Part shown: positions 8,204 to 17,968 of the stretch, one piece after another
How positions within the stretch are numbered: the first letter of the stretch is position 1
How the letters are laid out: each line of letters begins with the position of its first letter
NCBI RefSeq assembly: GCF_900104745.1
Contig: NZ_LT629732.1
Location: 1,877,981-1,909,980 of the forward strand
Source: Actinopolymorpha singaporensis
GTDB taxonomy: Bacteria > Actinomycetota > Actinomycetes > Propionibacteriales > Actinopolymorphaceae
DNA: 32,000 nucleotides
Reading direction: 5' to 3'
Notes under the pieces: model-generated
Seen by the model: only the letters and a program-made list of their open reading frames with translations
Database searches by the model: none
Told to the model about the DNA's origin: nothing
Made by a program: the position numbers and the translations under genes

Positions 8204-8965
8204 GTGCGGGTCGCCCAGCGGTTCGCGGTGGTGACCGGCGCGTCCGGCGGGATCGGGCGCGCCGTGGCCGAGCGGCTGGCCGCCGCCGACTGCCGGTTGC
8301 TGCTCGTCGGCCGTGACCCTGACCGGCTCGCCGCGGTGGCCCGGTCCACCGGCGGGGAGGTGCTGGTCGCCGACCTCGCCGACGCCGGCGACGTCGCGGC
8401 TCTGGCGGCCCGGCTGGCGGACCCGGACGAGGCACCCGACCTGCTGGTCAACAACGCCGGCGTCGGTGCCGTCGGCCCGGCGGCGGACGTGGACGGCGCC
8501 GACCTGGACCGGCTGCTCACGGTCAACCTCCGTACGCCGGTGCTGCTCACCCGGGCCGTGCTACCGGCGATGACCGCCCGGGGCTGCGGCCACCTGGTCT
8601 TCGTGTCCTCCATCGCCGCGGTGCTCGGTGTCGCCGGGGAGTCCGCGTACGCCGCTGTCAAGGCGGGCTTGCACGTGTTCGCAGCCAGCTTGCGGGCCGA
8701 GGTCGCGGCCGCGGGAGTCGGGGTGAGCACGGTGGTCCCGGGGGTGGTCGACACCGACTTCTTCGTCCGCCGTGGCGCGCCCTATGCCCGGCGCTTCCCG
8801 CGTCCGATCCCGCCGGAGCGGGTGGCGGCCGTGCTGGTGCGGGCCGTCGAACGCGACCAGGCCGAGGTCGTCGTACCCGCCTGGCTGCGCGTTCCGGTGG
8901 CCGTGCGCTCGCTGGCGCCGACGACCTACCACCGGCTGGCCGAGCGCTGGGGCGGCGACGGCTGA
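8204..8965 (+). CDS. SDR-family oxidoreductase
   Basis: VVTGASGGIGRAVAERLA (TGxxxGxG), NNAG, and S...YAAVKAGL (YxxxK). GTG 8204 directly abuts the preceding stop TGA 8201-8203. Confidence 0.85.
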   Translation: MRVAQRFAVVTGASGGIGRAVAERLAAADCRLLLVGRDPDRLAAVARSTGGEVLVADLADAGDVAALAARLADPDEAPDLLVNNAGVGAVGPAADVDGADLDRLLTVNLRTPVLLTRAVLPAMTARGCGHLVFVSSIAAVLGVAGESAYAAVKAGLHVFAASLRAEVAAAGVGVSTVVPGVVDTDFFVRRGAPYARRFPRPIPPERVAAVLVRAVERDQAEVVVPAWLRVPVAVRSLAPTTYHRLAERWGGDG

Positions 8966-8977
8966 GCCCGGCCCGTG

Positions 8978-9053
8978 CCTGTCGGACCTGTCGGCCGCCG
9001 CCCGTCAACGGGTACTTGTCAACGGCTTACTTGTCAACCGGATCTTGTCAGCC
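8978..9053. repeat. Array of six direct TGTC-core repeats in a convergent intergenic region
   Basis: CCTGTCGG at 8978-8985 and 8987-8994. Then GTCAACGG (9004), TACTTGTCAACGG (9013-9025), TACTTGTCAACCGG (9028-9041) and TCTTGTCAGCC (9043-9053). GTCAAC spacing is 14-15 nt, and the last unit overlaps the hpnH stop codon. Confidence 0.6.
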
Positions 9054-10058
9054 GCCGGTGATCGCCCGCAGCGACTGGCGCAGGGACCCCGTCGTGGCCA
9101 GCACCGCGGTCGGCTCGTACCCGCAGTGCGCCATGCAGTTCGCGCACCGCGGGTCCCGGCCCCGCCCGTAGCTGTCCCAGTCGGTCTCCTCGACCAGTTC
9201 CTTGTACGTCGCGGCGTACCCGTCGCTCATCAGGTAACACGGCCGCTGCCAGCCGAACAGCGAGTACGACGGGATTCCCCAAGCAGTACAGGGAAAGTCG
9301 ACCCTGCCCTCGAGGAAGTCCAGGAACAGCGGCGAGTGGTTGAGCCGCCAGCGCGCGCGGTTGCCGTTCGCGAACGCCTTGCGGAACAGCTCCCTGGTCT
9401 GGGTGACGCCGAGAAAGTGGTCCTGGTCGGGCGCCTTCTCGTACGCGTACGCCGGCGAGATCATCATCTGGTCGACGTGCAGGTCGTCGTTGAGGAAGTC
9501 CAGCACGTCGACGACGTTCTGCGGGCTGTCGTTGGTGAAGAACGTGGTGTTGGTGGTGATCCGGAATCCCTGTGCCTGAAGGAACCTCACCGCCGCCACC
9601 GCCTCGTCGAAGCCGCCCTCGTGGTTCACCGACGCGTCGTGGCGTTCGCGCAGGCCGTCGATGTGCACGGCGAACGCGAAGTAGCGCGACGGCCGGAAGT
9701 CGAAGCGGTCCCACCACTTGCGCACCAGCAACGCGTTGGTGCACAAGAAGACGTAGATCTTCCGTTTCACCAGTTCGGCGACCATCCGGTCGATCTCGGG
9801 GTGCATGAGCGGTTCGCCGCCGGCGATGGACACCATCGGTGCGCCGCACTCCTCCATCGCGGCCACGGCCTGCTCGACCGGCATCCGGCGACGGAGCTCA
9901 TCCGCCGGGTGCTGGATCTTGCCGCAGCCCGCGCACTGAAGGTTGCAGGCGAACAACGGCTCGAGTTCCACCAGCAGGGGAAACTTCTCCCGGCCACGCA
10001 GGCGCTGGGTCAGCAGGTACCGCCCGATTCGCAGGCTCTGCCGCATCGGCATGGTCAT
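9048..10058 (-). CDS. hpnH: Adenosyl-hopene transferase HpnH (radical SAM)
   Basis: [16 protein letters not shown]..., radical-SAM [10 protein letters not shown] (CxxxCxxC), hopanoid operon context. ATG 10058 overlaps the upstream stop as ATGA (10055-10058). Only the last 336 codons of the 932-aa track ORF are real. Confidence 0.9.
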   Translation of the reverse strand: MTMPMRQSLRIGRYLLTQRLRGREKFPLLVELEPLFACNLQCAGCGKIQHPADELRRRMPVEQAVAAMEECGAPMVSIAGGEPLMHPEIDRMVAELVKRKIYVFLCTNALLVRKWWDRFDFRPSRYFAFAVHIDGLRERHDASVNHEGGFDEAVAAVRFLQAQGFRITTNTTFFTNDSPQNVVDVLDFLNDDLHVDQMMISPAYAYEKAPDQDHFLGVTQTRELFRKAFANGNRARWRLNHSPLFLDFLEGRVDFPCTAWGIPSYSLFGWQRPCYLMSDGYAATYKELVEETDWDSYGRGRDPRCANCMAHCGYEPTAVLATTGSLRQSLRAITGG

Positions 10059-11584
10059 GGGTTGCGCACCTCCTTCGGCAGGGTGAACTCGATCTCCTCG
10101 GTGGTGACCACGTGCTCGCGCACGTCCACCGGGCCGAGGCCGCGCAGCGCGTCGACGGTCGCGTCCACCAGCGACGCCGGCGTCGAAGCGCCCGCGGTGA
10201 CGGCGACCGTCGCCGCGTCGGTGAGCCAGGCAAGGTCGATGCCACCCGGGTCGTCGACCAGGTGTGCCGGGGTGCCCAGGCGCCGGGCGAGTTCGACCAG
10301 CCGGTTGGCGTTGGAGGAGTTCCGCGAGCCGACCACGAGGACGAGATCGGCCTTCCGGGCCACCGACCGCAGGGCCTGCTGGCGGTTGGTGGTGGCGTAG
10401 CAGATGTCGTCGGAGGCCGGCCCCTGCAGGGCGGGGAAACGCTCGTGCAGGACGTCGACGATCTCGGCGACCTCGTCCACCCCGAGCGTGGTCTGCACGA
10501 GGTAGGAGACCCGGTTGGTGTCGGGCACGCGCACGCGGGCAGCACCGGCGAGGTCCTCCACCAGTACCGTGCTTCCCGGCCGCTCGCCGACGGTGCCCTC
10601 GGTCTCCTCGTGACCGTCGTGCCCGATGAACAGCACCGTGTCGCCGCGGTCGGCGAACCTGCGTGCCTCGCTGTGCACCTTCGCCACCAGGGGACAGGTC
10701 GCGTCCACGACGGCCAGGCCGCGGTGGGCGGCCTCCTTCCTTACGGCGGGCGACACACCGTGGGCGGAGAAGACGACCGTCGCGCCAGATGGCACCTCGT
10801 CCAGCTCGTCGACGAACACCGCACCGAGGCCTTCCAGCCGGGCTACGACGTGGGAGTTGTGCACGATCTGCTTGCGGACGTAGACCGGGGCGCCGCGATG
10901 GGCGAGGACCCGCTCGACGATGTCGATGGCGCGTTCCACGCCGGCGCAGAACGAGCGTGGGTAGGGCAGCAGGACCGTCCGTGCTCCCGTCGCCGCACCC
11001 CAGTCGGCCATTGCGGGTGCGACCGTGGCGAGCGTGCGTACCGCCGTCCGCAGGTGGGCGAGCGTGGCAGGTCGCCACAACGGGCCGGTGGCCGGGTCGG
11101 CGACCACCCGTACGCACGCCGTCGCGGTGGAGGTGGGCAGGCCGGCGGCGAGCCAGCCGGACTCCAGGTCGGCGGCGAGGGCGCCGGTGTCGCGCAGCGC
11201 CGTCCGGGCGGCTCCGCTGACCAGCCGTTCCCTGCTCACCACCGGCCCGGTGCGCACGGTCAGGCCGAGCCGGGCCAGCCGGGCGGCCAGCAGTGGGGCG
11301 CTCGGGCAGGCGACGGTGCGCTCGCCCGCGCGTACCTCCGTGGCCACCACCACGTCGCCCGGTGCGAGGGCTGGGTCCAGCGCGCCTGCCACCCCGGCCA
11401 CCACCACGCCCGCCGGCGGCCGGCCGGTGTGCGCGAGCAGGTGGGCGGCGCGTTCGGCGTGCCGCCGGCCCATGCCCGTACGCAGCACCGGGGCGGAGGT
11501 CGCCAGGCCACGCCGGACCGCGGCCGCCTCCAGCCGGGTCGGTGCGCACAGGACGTACTCCGCCGGCATCGCAGCTCCCCTCAT
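10055..11584 (-). CDS. ispH: Fusion protein: N-terminal HpnG-like nucleosidase/phosphorylase domain + complete IspH (HMBPP reductase)
   Basis: C-terminal ~310 aa carry IspH hallmarks: [81 protein letters not shown]-terminal ~200 aa resemble a PNP/UDP-type hopanoid-associated nucleosidase: [36 protein letters not shown]. One uninterrupted frame. ATG 11584 overlaps the shc stop as ATGA; alternative ATG 11569. Confidence 0.85.
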   Translation of the reverse strand: MRGAAMPAEYVLCAPTRLEAAAVRRGLATSAPVLRTGMGRRHAERAAHLLAHTGRPPAGVVVAGVAGALDPALAPGDVVVATEVRAGERTVACPSAPLLAARLARLGLTVRTGPVVSRERLVSGAARTALRDTGALAADLESGWLAAGLPTSTATACVRVVADPATGPLWRPATLAHLRTAVRTLATVAPAMADWGAATGARTVLLPYPRSFCAGVERAIDIVERVLAHRGAPVYVRKQIVHNSHVVARLEGLGAVFVDELDEVPSGATVVFSAHGVSPAVRKEAAHRGLAVVDATCPLVAKVHSEARRFADRGDTVLFIGHDGHEETEGTVGERPGSTVLVEDLAGAARVRVPDTNRVSYLVQTTLGVDEVAEIVDVLHERFPALQGPASDDICYATTNRQQALRSVARKADLVLVVGSRNSSNANRLVELARRLGTPAHLVDDPGGIDLAWLTDAATVAVTAGASTPASLVDATVDALRGLGPVDVREHVVTTEEIEFTLPKEVRNP

Positions 11585-13524
11585 GCGTGGCCCTGTGGAT
11601 CGTCTGCCGGGGCGAGCAGCCGGCCGAGCGCGGTGACCGGGAACACCAGCCGGTAGAGGTGGTAGTTGATGTAGAAGTCGCCGGGGAACCCGGTGCCGGT
11701 GAACTGCGGCTCGTCCCAGCCGCCGTCGGGGCGCTGGGTGGCCACCAGCCAGGCCATGCCGGCGCGGACGGCGGGGGAGTCGCGCAACCCGGCGGCCTCC
11801 AGTGCCAGCAGCGCCCACGCGGTCTGCGATGCCGTGGACGTACCACGGCCCACCCACGAGCGATCGGTGTAGGAGCGCAGGTCCTCGCCCCAACCGCCGT
11901 CGGCGTTCTGGTGCGCGGTCAGCCAGTTCGCGCCGCGGACGACCGCGCGGTCGTGCCGGGAGAGCCCGGCGGCCACCAGTGCGGGCAGGACCGCGCCGGT
12001 GCCGTAGACGTGGTTCGCCCCCCACCGGCCGAACCACGATCCGTCCGCCTCCTGCGCGTCCAGCAGCCAGCGCACCGCGCGCTGCACCTCCGGGTCGTCG
12101 GCGTGCCCCTCGTGGGCGAACATCTCCACGATGTGTGCGGTGACGTCCGCGCTGGGTGGGTCGATGACCGCGCCGAAGTCGCAGAACGGCAACTGGTAGG
12201 CGAGTTCGCGGGTGTTGTCGGCGTCGAACGCGCCCCATCCGCCGTCCCGGCACTGCATGCCGCGCAGCCACACCCGGGCCCGGCGTACCGCCTCCTCCAC
12301 CCGCGGCGACTCGGCGGTCCGGCGCAGGCCGAGCACCACCTCTGCGGTGTCGTCGGTGTCGGGATAGCCGTCGTTGTCGAACTCGAACGCCCAGCCGCCC
12401 GCGGGAGTACGCGGCCGCCGCACGGCCCAGTCGCCGCGTACGGTGATCTCCTCCGCCAGCAGCCAGTCCCGTGCCCGCACCATCGGGCCGGCCCCGGGGT
12501 CCACACCCGCGTCGCCGAGTGCGACCAGGGCGAGTGCGGTGTCCCAGACCGGCGACTGGCACGCCTCGATCCGGCGTACGGTGCCGTGCGGGGTTTCCTC
12601 GCGGATGGTGAAGCGCTCCCAGCCCGCGAGGCCCGCGGCCAGCACCGGGTGGTCCACCGGGTAGCCGAGTGCGTGCAGTGCCATCAGCGAATAGACCCAG
12701 GGCGGCTGGATGCCGCCCCAGCAGCCGTCCTTCTCCTGCCGGGCGATGATCCACTCCGCGGCCCGGCGCAGGGCCAGCTTGCGCACGGACCGGACCGGGC
12801 GGCGTTCATAGGAATGCAGAACCCTGTCCAGCCGGGCGAATGCCCCTCGCCAGGTGGCCGGCGGGTCCGGTGGCGGTGGGGGCGAACCGGTGCGGAGCTC
12901 GTCGACGTTCACACCGAGCGGGCGGTTCGGCCGGAGTGCGCCGAGGATGGTGAGGGGTACCAGCGTCTGCCGGGCCCAGCAGCCCCAGTCGTAGACGTTG
13001 AACGGCACCCAGCGGGGCGCGAGCACGATCTCGGGCGGCAGCGCGGGCACGTCGTCCCAGCTCCACTGGCCGAACAGCGAGAGCCAGATCCTGGTGAAGA
13101 CCCGGCTCGCCTCGACTCCACCGTTGTCAAGGATGAATTGACGGGCTTGCTTCAGGTGCTGGTCGTCGGGGTCGTCACCGGCAAGGCGGAGCGCGACGTA
13201 GGCCTCCACCGAGGTGGACACGTCGCCCGGCCCGAACCGGAAGTTCGCCCACGAGCCGTCGTCGCGTTGCTGGCTTCGGATCCAGGCGGCGGACTGCGCG
13301 GTCTGCTCGTCGGTGCGTACGCCGAGGAACTGCCGCATCATCAGGTCCTCGGCGTCCATCGTGACGTTGGTCTCCAGCTCGCCCTTCCACCAGCCGGCCG
13401 GGTCCTGCAGGTCCAGCAGGTGCTCGACGGCACGGTCCAGCGCCGCGTGTGCCGACGCGTCGTCCACGGCGATGGGAAACCTCGGGTGCTCCGGGTGCTT
13501 CGGGTGCTGGGACAGGCCGGCCAT
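11581..13524 (-). CDS. shc: Squalene-hopene cyclase
   Basis: DTDDTAEV (DxDDTA catalytic motif). Multiple QW repeats ([62 protein letters not shown]). 647 aa. Confidence 0.95.
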   Translation of the reverse strand: MAGLSQHPKHPEHPRFPIAVDDASAHAALDRAVEHLLDLQDPAGWWKGELETNVTMDAEDLMMRQFLGVRTDEQTAQSAAWIRSQQRDDGSWANFRFGPGDVSTSVEAYVALRLAGDDPDDQHLKQARQFILDNGGVEASRVFTRIWLSLFGQWSWDDVPALPPEIVLAPRWVPFNVYDWGCWARQTLVPLTILGALRPNRPLGVNVDELRTGSPPPPPDPPATWRGAFARLDRVLHSYERRPVRSVRKLALRRAAEWIIARQEKDGCWGGIQPPWVYSLMALHALGYPVDHPVLAAGLAGWERFTIREETPHGTVRRIEACQSPVWDTALALVALGDAGVDPGAGPMVRARDWLLAEEITVRGDWAVRRPRTPAGGWAFEFDNDGYPDTDDTAEVVLGLRRTAESPRVEEAVRRARVWLRGMQCRDGGWGAFDADNTRELAYQLPFCDFGAVIDPPSADVTAHIVEMFAHEGHADDPEVQRAVRWLLDAQEADGSWFGRWGANHVYGTGAVLPALVAAGLSRHDRAVVRGANWLTAHQNADGGWGEDLRSYTDRSWVGRGTSTASQTAWALLALEAAGLRDSPAVRAGMAWLVATQRPDGGWDEPQFTGTGFPGDFYINYHLYRLVFPVTALGRLLAPADDPQGHA

Positions 13525-14550
13525 TCAGGTGCTCCGTCCACGAAGCTGGCCCGCGATCCGGGCCAGGTCGTCGCGGACCGGGTCCGGCAGGTCGACCGGA
13601 GCCAGTGCCCGGATCCCGGCCGCGAGCTGGCGGTCCGCCTCGTCCTCGGTCCAGCCGCGGCCGCCGGCCTGTTCGACCAGGGACGCGGCCCGGGCGAGCT
13701 CGGCCTCGTCCAGCGGGTCTGGCCGGCGGTAGAGGTCGCGCAGCTCGTCCGCCGCCATCGTCGGCGCGGTGAGCGCGGCGACCACAGGGACGGACTTCTT
13801 CCGCGCCCGCAGGTCCGACAACACCGGCTTGCCCGTGCGCACCGGATCGCCCCAGATCCCCAGCAGGTCGTCGGTGAGCTGGAACGCCATGCCCACGTGC
13901 CGCCCGAAGGACGTCAGCGCCGTAAGCAGGGTGGGCGGGGCGCCGGCGAGCACGGCACCGAGCGAGGCCGAACACGCCAGCAGGGCGGCTGTCTTGTCCG
14001 CGGCCATGCTCATGCACTCCTCGAGCGTCACGTCGTCGCGTTTCTCGAAGGCGATGTCGGCGGCCTGGCCGGCGATCAGCTGCCGCACGGTCTCGCCCAG
14101 CCGGCGTACGGCCACGTGGACGTGAACGGAGTCGGCCTCGGCGAGTATCTCGTTGGCCAGGGACAGCAGCGCGTCCCCGGCGAGGATCGCGTCGGGTACC
14201 CCGAACCGCGCCCACACCGTCGGCCGGTGCCTGCGTTCGGTGTCGCCGTCGATCACGTCGTCGTGCAGCAGCGAGAAGTTGTGCACGAGCTCGCAGGCGA
14301 CCGCGGCGGGAACGCCCACCTCGGGCGGGGCCTGCGCGGCCTGTGCGGACAGCACCGCGAGAACCGACCGCAGCCCCTTGCCGCGGGTGGTGGGTTCGGC
14401 CGGGAACTGGCCGTCGGAGTCCCAGAAACCAAGGTGGTAGCCGCAGGCGCGCCGGGTGCCCGCGTCGAGCCGGTCGAGTGCGGCGAGCAGGGCGGGCTCG
14501 ACCAGCCGGTGGGTCTCGGCGATGCGGAGTTCGGTGGGGAGCAGCGTCAT
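13525..14550 (-). CDS. Polyprenyl (farnesyl/geranylgeranyl) diphosphate synthase of the hopanoid cluster
   Basis: Two Asp-rich motifs LLHDDVIDGD and FQLTDDLLG. ATG 14550 overlaps the hpnE stop as ATGA (14547-14550). The stop TGA abuts the shc ATG. Only the last 341 codons of the 816-aa track ORF are real. Confidence 0.9.
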   Translation of the reverse strand: MTLLPTELRIAETHRLVEPALLAALDRLDAGTRRACGYHLGFWDSDGQFPAEPTTRGKGLRSVLAVLSAQAAQAPPEVGVPAAVACELVHNFSLLHDDVIDGDTERRHRPTVWARFGVPDAILAGDALLSLANEILAEADSVHVHVAVRRLGETVRQLIAGQAADIAFEKRDDVTLEECMSMAADKTAALLACSASLGAVLAGAPPTLLTALTSFGRHVGMAFQLTDDLLGIWGDPVRTGKPVLSDLRARKKSVPVVAALTAPTMAADELRDLYRRPDPLDEAELARAASLVEQAGGRGWTEDEADRQLAAGIRALAPVDLPDPVRDDLARIAGQLRGRST

Positions 14551-15968
14551 GACAGGGCCTCTCCAAGGGGTCGCGAAGTCGGGGTCCTGGTGAGGGAGAG
14601 CGCGTCCGCCGCCCGCAGGCCGCTGCGTACCGCGCCCTCCATGGTGTCCGGCCATCCCGTGGCCGTCCACGCGCCGGCGAGGGTGAGCCCGGGTAGTCCG
14701 GTGTGGGTGGGTGGACGCAACGCCGCCGTGCCGGGGCTCTGGCGGAACGTCGCGTGGGGTTCGCGGGTGACGAACGACTCGACCACCCGGGAGCTGCGCG
14801 CGCCGGGTAGCAGGTCGTCCACCGCGTTGGCGTACGTGCGGCGGAGCTCCTCGGTGGGCATGCCGACCTCGGCGTGCGCGGCCGACACCGACACCACGAG
14901 GTACTGGCCGCGGTCCACCCCCGCGGCGCGCGTACGGTCGAAGATCCACTGCACGGGCGAGTCGAGCGCCGCGGCGAACGGGAACGCCGTCACCCGCCGG
15001 TCGTAGCGCAAGTGCACGTTGACGATGGGTGCCGAACCCAGGCGGGCCCAGCGTTCCCGTCCCTCGTCTGGGACCGCGCGGGCCGGCACCAGCCGGGCGG
15101 CGGCCTGGTGTGGGACTGCCACCACCACGGCGTCGGCGGTGAGTTCGCCGGTCCGCGTACGCAGGACGAACCGATGGGTGCCGACGTCGGAAACCGGGTC
15201 GATGGCCAGGACCTTCGCGTTGGTGTGTACCTCGACATCGAGGCGTTCCAGCAGCCGGCCCGCGGGCTGGGCGTGCAACTGCCGCAGGGACACCGCGGGC
15301 ACGCCCAGGTCGGCGGCCTCGGGCCGTTCGAGGAACGCGGTGCGGAACACCTTGGCGGCCAGAGCGAGGGACGCCTCGTCCGGCGGGAGGTTCAGCGCGG
15401 CGACCGCGATCAGCCCCCAGAGTCGTTCGATCGCCGGCCCCGACTGGCGGTGCTCGCGCAGCCACTCGCCGAAGGTCGCGGTGTCCCGGCGCGGGTCGTC
15501 CGGGTCGACCCGGCGCAGCGCGAACACGGCTCTGCCGGCGCGCAGCCGTTCCAACGGCGTCAACGGCTTGTACGCCGCCAGCGACCGGGCCAGGTGCAGC
15601 GGGGCCGGCCCGCGCCGGGAGCGGTAGATCCAGGCCGGCCTGTCGGGGTGCCCGTCCGGTTGCCGGTCCGGATGTCGGCTCGGGTGCAGCACCGGGATCG
15701 CCAGATGTTCCTGCACCGGCGCGAGCGCGGCCACGTCGAGGCGTTCCAGCAGCGCGCGGTAGGCGTGGTAGCACCGCAGGAACACGTGCTGGCCGGTGTC
15801 GGCGACCAGGCCGGACCGGCCCGCGACCGCCGGCCGGTCCAGGGAGTACGTCGCACCGCCCAGGTGTGCACGTGCCTCCAGCAGCCGCACCCGGGCACCC
15901 CGGTCGGCCAGCCGGACCGCGGCCGCGATCCCCGCCAGGCCGCCGCCGACCACCACGACCGACGTCAT
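14547..15968 (-). CDS. hpnE: Hydroxysqualene dehydroxylase HpnE (FAD-dependent amine-oxidase/phytoene-desaturase family)
   Basis: N-terminal FAD fold VVVVGGGLAGIAAAVRLADRGARVRLLEAR. Position between hpnD and the prenyl synthase. ATGA overlap with hpnD (15965-15968). Confidence 0.85.
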   Translation of the reverse strand: MTSVVVVGGGLAGIAAAVRLADRGARVRLLEARAHLGGATYSLDRPAVAGRSGLVADTGQHVFLRCYHAYRALLERLDVAALAPVQEHLAIPVLHPSRHPDRQPDGHPDRPAWIYRSRRGPAPLHLARSLAAYKPLTPLERLRAGRAVFALRRVDPDDPRRDTATFGEWLREHRQSGPAIERLWGLIAVAALNLPPDEASLALAAKVFRTAFLERPEAADLGVPAVSLRQLHAQPAGRLLERLDVEVHTNAKVLAIDPVSDVGTHRFVLRTRTGELTADAVVVAVPHQAAARLVPARAVPDEGRERWARLGSAPIVNVHLRYDRRVTAFPFAAALDSPVQWIFDRTRAAGVDRGQYLVVSVSAAHAEVGMPTEELRRTYANAVDDLLPGARSSRVVESFVTREPHATFRQSPGTAALRPPTHTGLPGLTLAGAWTATGWPDTMEGAVRSGLRAADALSLTRTPTSRPLGEALS

Positions 15969-16867
15969 GCGTCACCTCGGGTCAGCGCCCGCGCCGCCGC
16001 CGCGAGCTTCGCCCCGGTCGGTGACGCCAGGCGCTGGTTGCGGAGGAGATCGGGGTCGGCGCTGATCCGGTCGAGCAGCCGCAGGTGGACGCCCGCGATC
16101 GCCGCCGTACACGACCGGCTGCGGCGGTCCAGCAGCGGCAGCAGGGTGAGGCCGCGGAGGTACCACGCCCGCGTGCGGTTCGCCTCGAACCGCACCAGGT
16201 CGGCGAAGCTGTCCGGGTCGAGCAGGCCCTCGTCGGCGCCGGCCCGCGGCTCGCCTGGCTCGCGGAGCTCGAGGGTGCAGGCGTAGTCCTCCAGGTCGGA
16301 CGCCGGAAGGTAGATCCGGCCGCGCAGCCGGTCGTCGTACAGGTCGCGGATGGTGCAGGTGAGCTGCACCGCGACGCCGAGGGTCTCCGCCGGCGGCTCG
16401 GCCTCGGCGTACGACCGCGGGTCGAACACGCCGACCGCCAACCGGCCCACCGAGCCACCGACCTTCCGGCAGTAGGCCACCAGGTCCTCGAAGGTCTTGT
16501 ACCGCATTCCCCGGACGTCGTCCTCGCACCCGTCGAGGAGTTCCAGGAAGGCGCCCAGCCGGATCGGGAACCGTTGCGCGGCGTCGGCCAGCGCGACCGT
16601 CACCGGGTCGGACGCGGACTCACCGGGATCGGGTGGCGCGCCGTCCAGCAGTCGTTCGACCTGGGTACGCACCACCGCCAGCCGCCGCAGCTTCTCGGCC
16701 ACCGGCAGGTCACCGTCGCCGATGTCGTCCACGCGGCGGGCCATGGCGCACACCGCCGACAGGGCGCGCCGCTTCGGCCCGGGAAGCAGCGCGATGCCGT
16801 ACGAGAAGTCCCGTGCCTCCCGGCGGGTGATCGCCGCACATTCGCGGTAGGCCTGGTCGACGTTCAT
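15965..16867 (-). CDS. hpnD: Presqualene diphosphate synthase HpnD (squalene/phytoene synthase family)
   Basis: CAAITRREARDFSYGIALLP, ARRVDDIGD, IRDLYDDRLRGRIYLP. Second of two tandem SQS/PSY-family genes. Confidence 0.85.
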   Translation of the reverse strand: MNVDQAYRECAAITRREARDFSYGIALLPGPKRRALSAVCAMARRVDDIGDGDLPVAEKLRRLAVVRTQVERLLDGAPPDPGESASDPVTVALADAAQRFPIRLGAFLELLDGCEDDVRGMRYKTFEDLVAYCRKVGGSVGRLAVGVFDPRSYAEAEPPAETLGVAVQLTCTIRDLYDDRLRGRIYLPASDLEDYACTLELREPGEPRAGADEGLLDPDSFADLVRFEANRTRAWYLRGLTLLPLLDRRSRSCTAAIAGVHLRLLDRISADPDLLRNQRLASPTGAKLAAAARALTRGDA

Positions 16868-16874
16868 CCCCTTC

Positions 16875-17801
16875 TCATCCCCGGCGACCGGCAGGAGTAC
16901 GCCGCGAACCGAGCATGCTCCGCAACCAGGCCCCGGCGATCACCGGCGATGTGGGCCGCGGCACCCGGTGCAGCGGGTCGTACCCGGCGCGGCGAAGTGC
17001 CGAACAGGTGGCCCGCCCACCCGCGACGTAGCCCGCGACACTCACCCGCGCCCAGCCCGGCAGAGTGCCCAGCAGCGGCGCACCCGCCTCCAGCAGGTTC
17101 CGCGCCCGGGCGGTCTCGAAGGCGATCAGCGCCCGCAGCGCCTCGCTCGCCCGGGGCCGGCCGAGTTCCTCCTCCGCGACGGAGAACGCCCGCAGGTCTT
17201 CCTGCGGCAGGTAGATCCGGCCCCGGCGGTAGTCCTCGCCCACGTCCTGCCAGTGCTCCAGCAACTGAAGTGCCGTGCAGATCTGGTTCGAACGGCGGAC
17301 GCGCTCGGCGGTGGCCCGGCCGAAGACGAGCAGGACGAGTTCGCCCACGGGGTCCGCGGAGTAGTGGCAGTAGTCGAGCAGGTCCGCGAACGTTTCGTAC
17401 CGGTGGACCCGCTGGTCGCGCCGGTTGGCCTCGACCAGCCGCAGCAGCGGATCGGCGGGCACCCGCTGCCTGGCCACCAGCGAGGCCAGGTCGGCGACAA
17501 CGGGGTCGTTCACCCGGTCGCCGTGGTAGAGCGCGCGGACGTCCGCCTCGATGCCGGCCAGCCGGTCGAGGACGCCCGACCGGTCGGCGGGCGCCACGTC
17601 CCCGATGTCGTCGACGTGCCGGGCGTAGCGGTAGACCGCCTCCAGGTCCTGCCGGATGCGTACGGGCAGCACCCGCAGCGCGACCGGGAAGTTCTCCGCC
17701 GCCTTCGACCACGGATCGGCGGCGTTGCCGGCCCCGCCGAGCCCGAACCGGGCCATCGCGGGCCCGTCCGCGCTGTGCAGGCTGTCCGGTCTGTCGGACA
17801 T
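16875..17801 (-). CDS. hpnC: Hydroxysqualene synthase HpnC (squalene/phytoene synthase family)
   Basis: AENFPVALRVLPVRIRQDLEAVYRYARHVDDIGD, WQDVGEDYRRGRIYLP. ATG 17801 has GAGGAG 6 nt upstream. AAGGGGA lies in the 7-nt gap before hpnD. Confidence 0.85.
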   Translation of the reverse strand: MSDRPDSLHSADGPAMARFGLGGAGNAADPWSKAAENFPVALRVLPVRIRQDLEAVYRYARHVDDIGDVAPADRSGVLDRLAGIEADVRALYHGDRVNDPVVADLASLVARQRVPADPLLRLVEANRRDQRVHRYETFADLLDYCHYSADPVGELVLLVFGRATAERVRRSNQICTALQLLEHWQDVGEDYRRGRIYLPQEDLRAFSVAEEELGRPRASEALRALIAFETARARNLLEAGAPLLGTLPGWARVSVAGYVAGGRATCSALRRAGYDPLHRVPRPTSPVIAGAWLRSMLGSRRTPAGRRG

Positions 17802-17914
17802 GGCGAGCTCCTCGGGCGTATCTCCCCGGCCCCCGTCGACCCAGGGCGACGTGGATCAGCCTAAGGGCGGGTCCGCCGGCGCGGGTCGACATTCGGGTGA
17901 GACCTTGGGAGAAA

Positions 17915-17968
17915 TGCCGCAAGCGTCCGTGCCGTAGGTGATCCCGGGTGCAAGCCGCGCTTGCGGCA
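17915..17968 (-). terminator. 11-bp perfect inverted repeat between murJ-like stop and hpnC start (candidate terminator/attenuator)
   Basis: TGCCGCAAGCG (17915-17925) and CGCTTGCGGCA (17958-17968). On the minus-strand RNA the 3' arm is followed by UUUCUCCC. The inner palindrome GCAAGC-CGC-GCTTGC (17950-17964) offers an alternative fold. Confidence 0.3.

Noticed and set aside
8978-9053. Possible CRISPR-like array (also considered for 29705-29763)
   Set aside because: The repeat units are only 9-15 nt with no unique spacers of CRISPR length. There are no cas genes in the window.
9048-11846. 932-aa minus-strand ORF suggesting a giant HpnH
   Set aside because: Only the last 336 codons (from ATG 10058) are HpnH-like. 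The upstream 596 codons are an alternative frame of the ispH/shc region and are Arg/Pro/Gly-rich. The same logic trims the 899-aa (10055-12754) and 816-aa (13525-15975) ORFs to 10055-11584 and 13525-14550.
11293-15006. 1237-aa plus-strand ORF, and similar giants (247-1557 minus, 16085-17941 plus, 26051-27970 plus, 6814-8154 minus, 23959-25527 minus)
   Set aside because: They lie antisense to, or out of frame with, genes that carry clear family motifs. Their translations are Arg/Pro/Gly/Ala-rich low-complexity strings with no motifs. These are typical shadow ORFs of high-GC DNA, where stop codons are rare.
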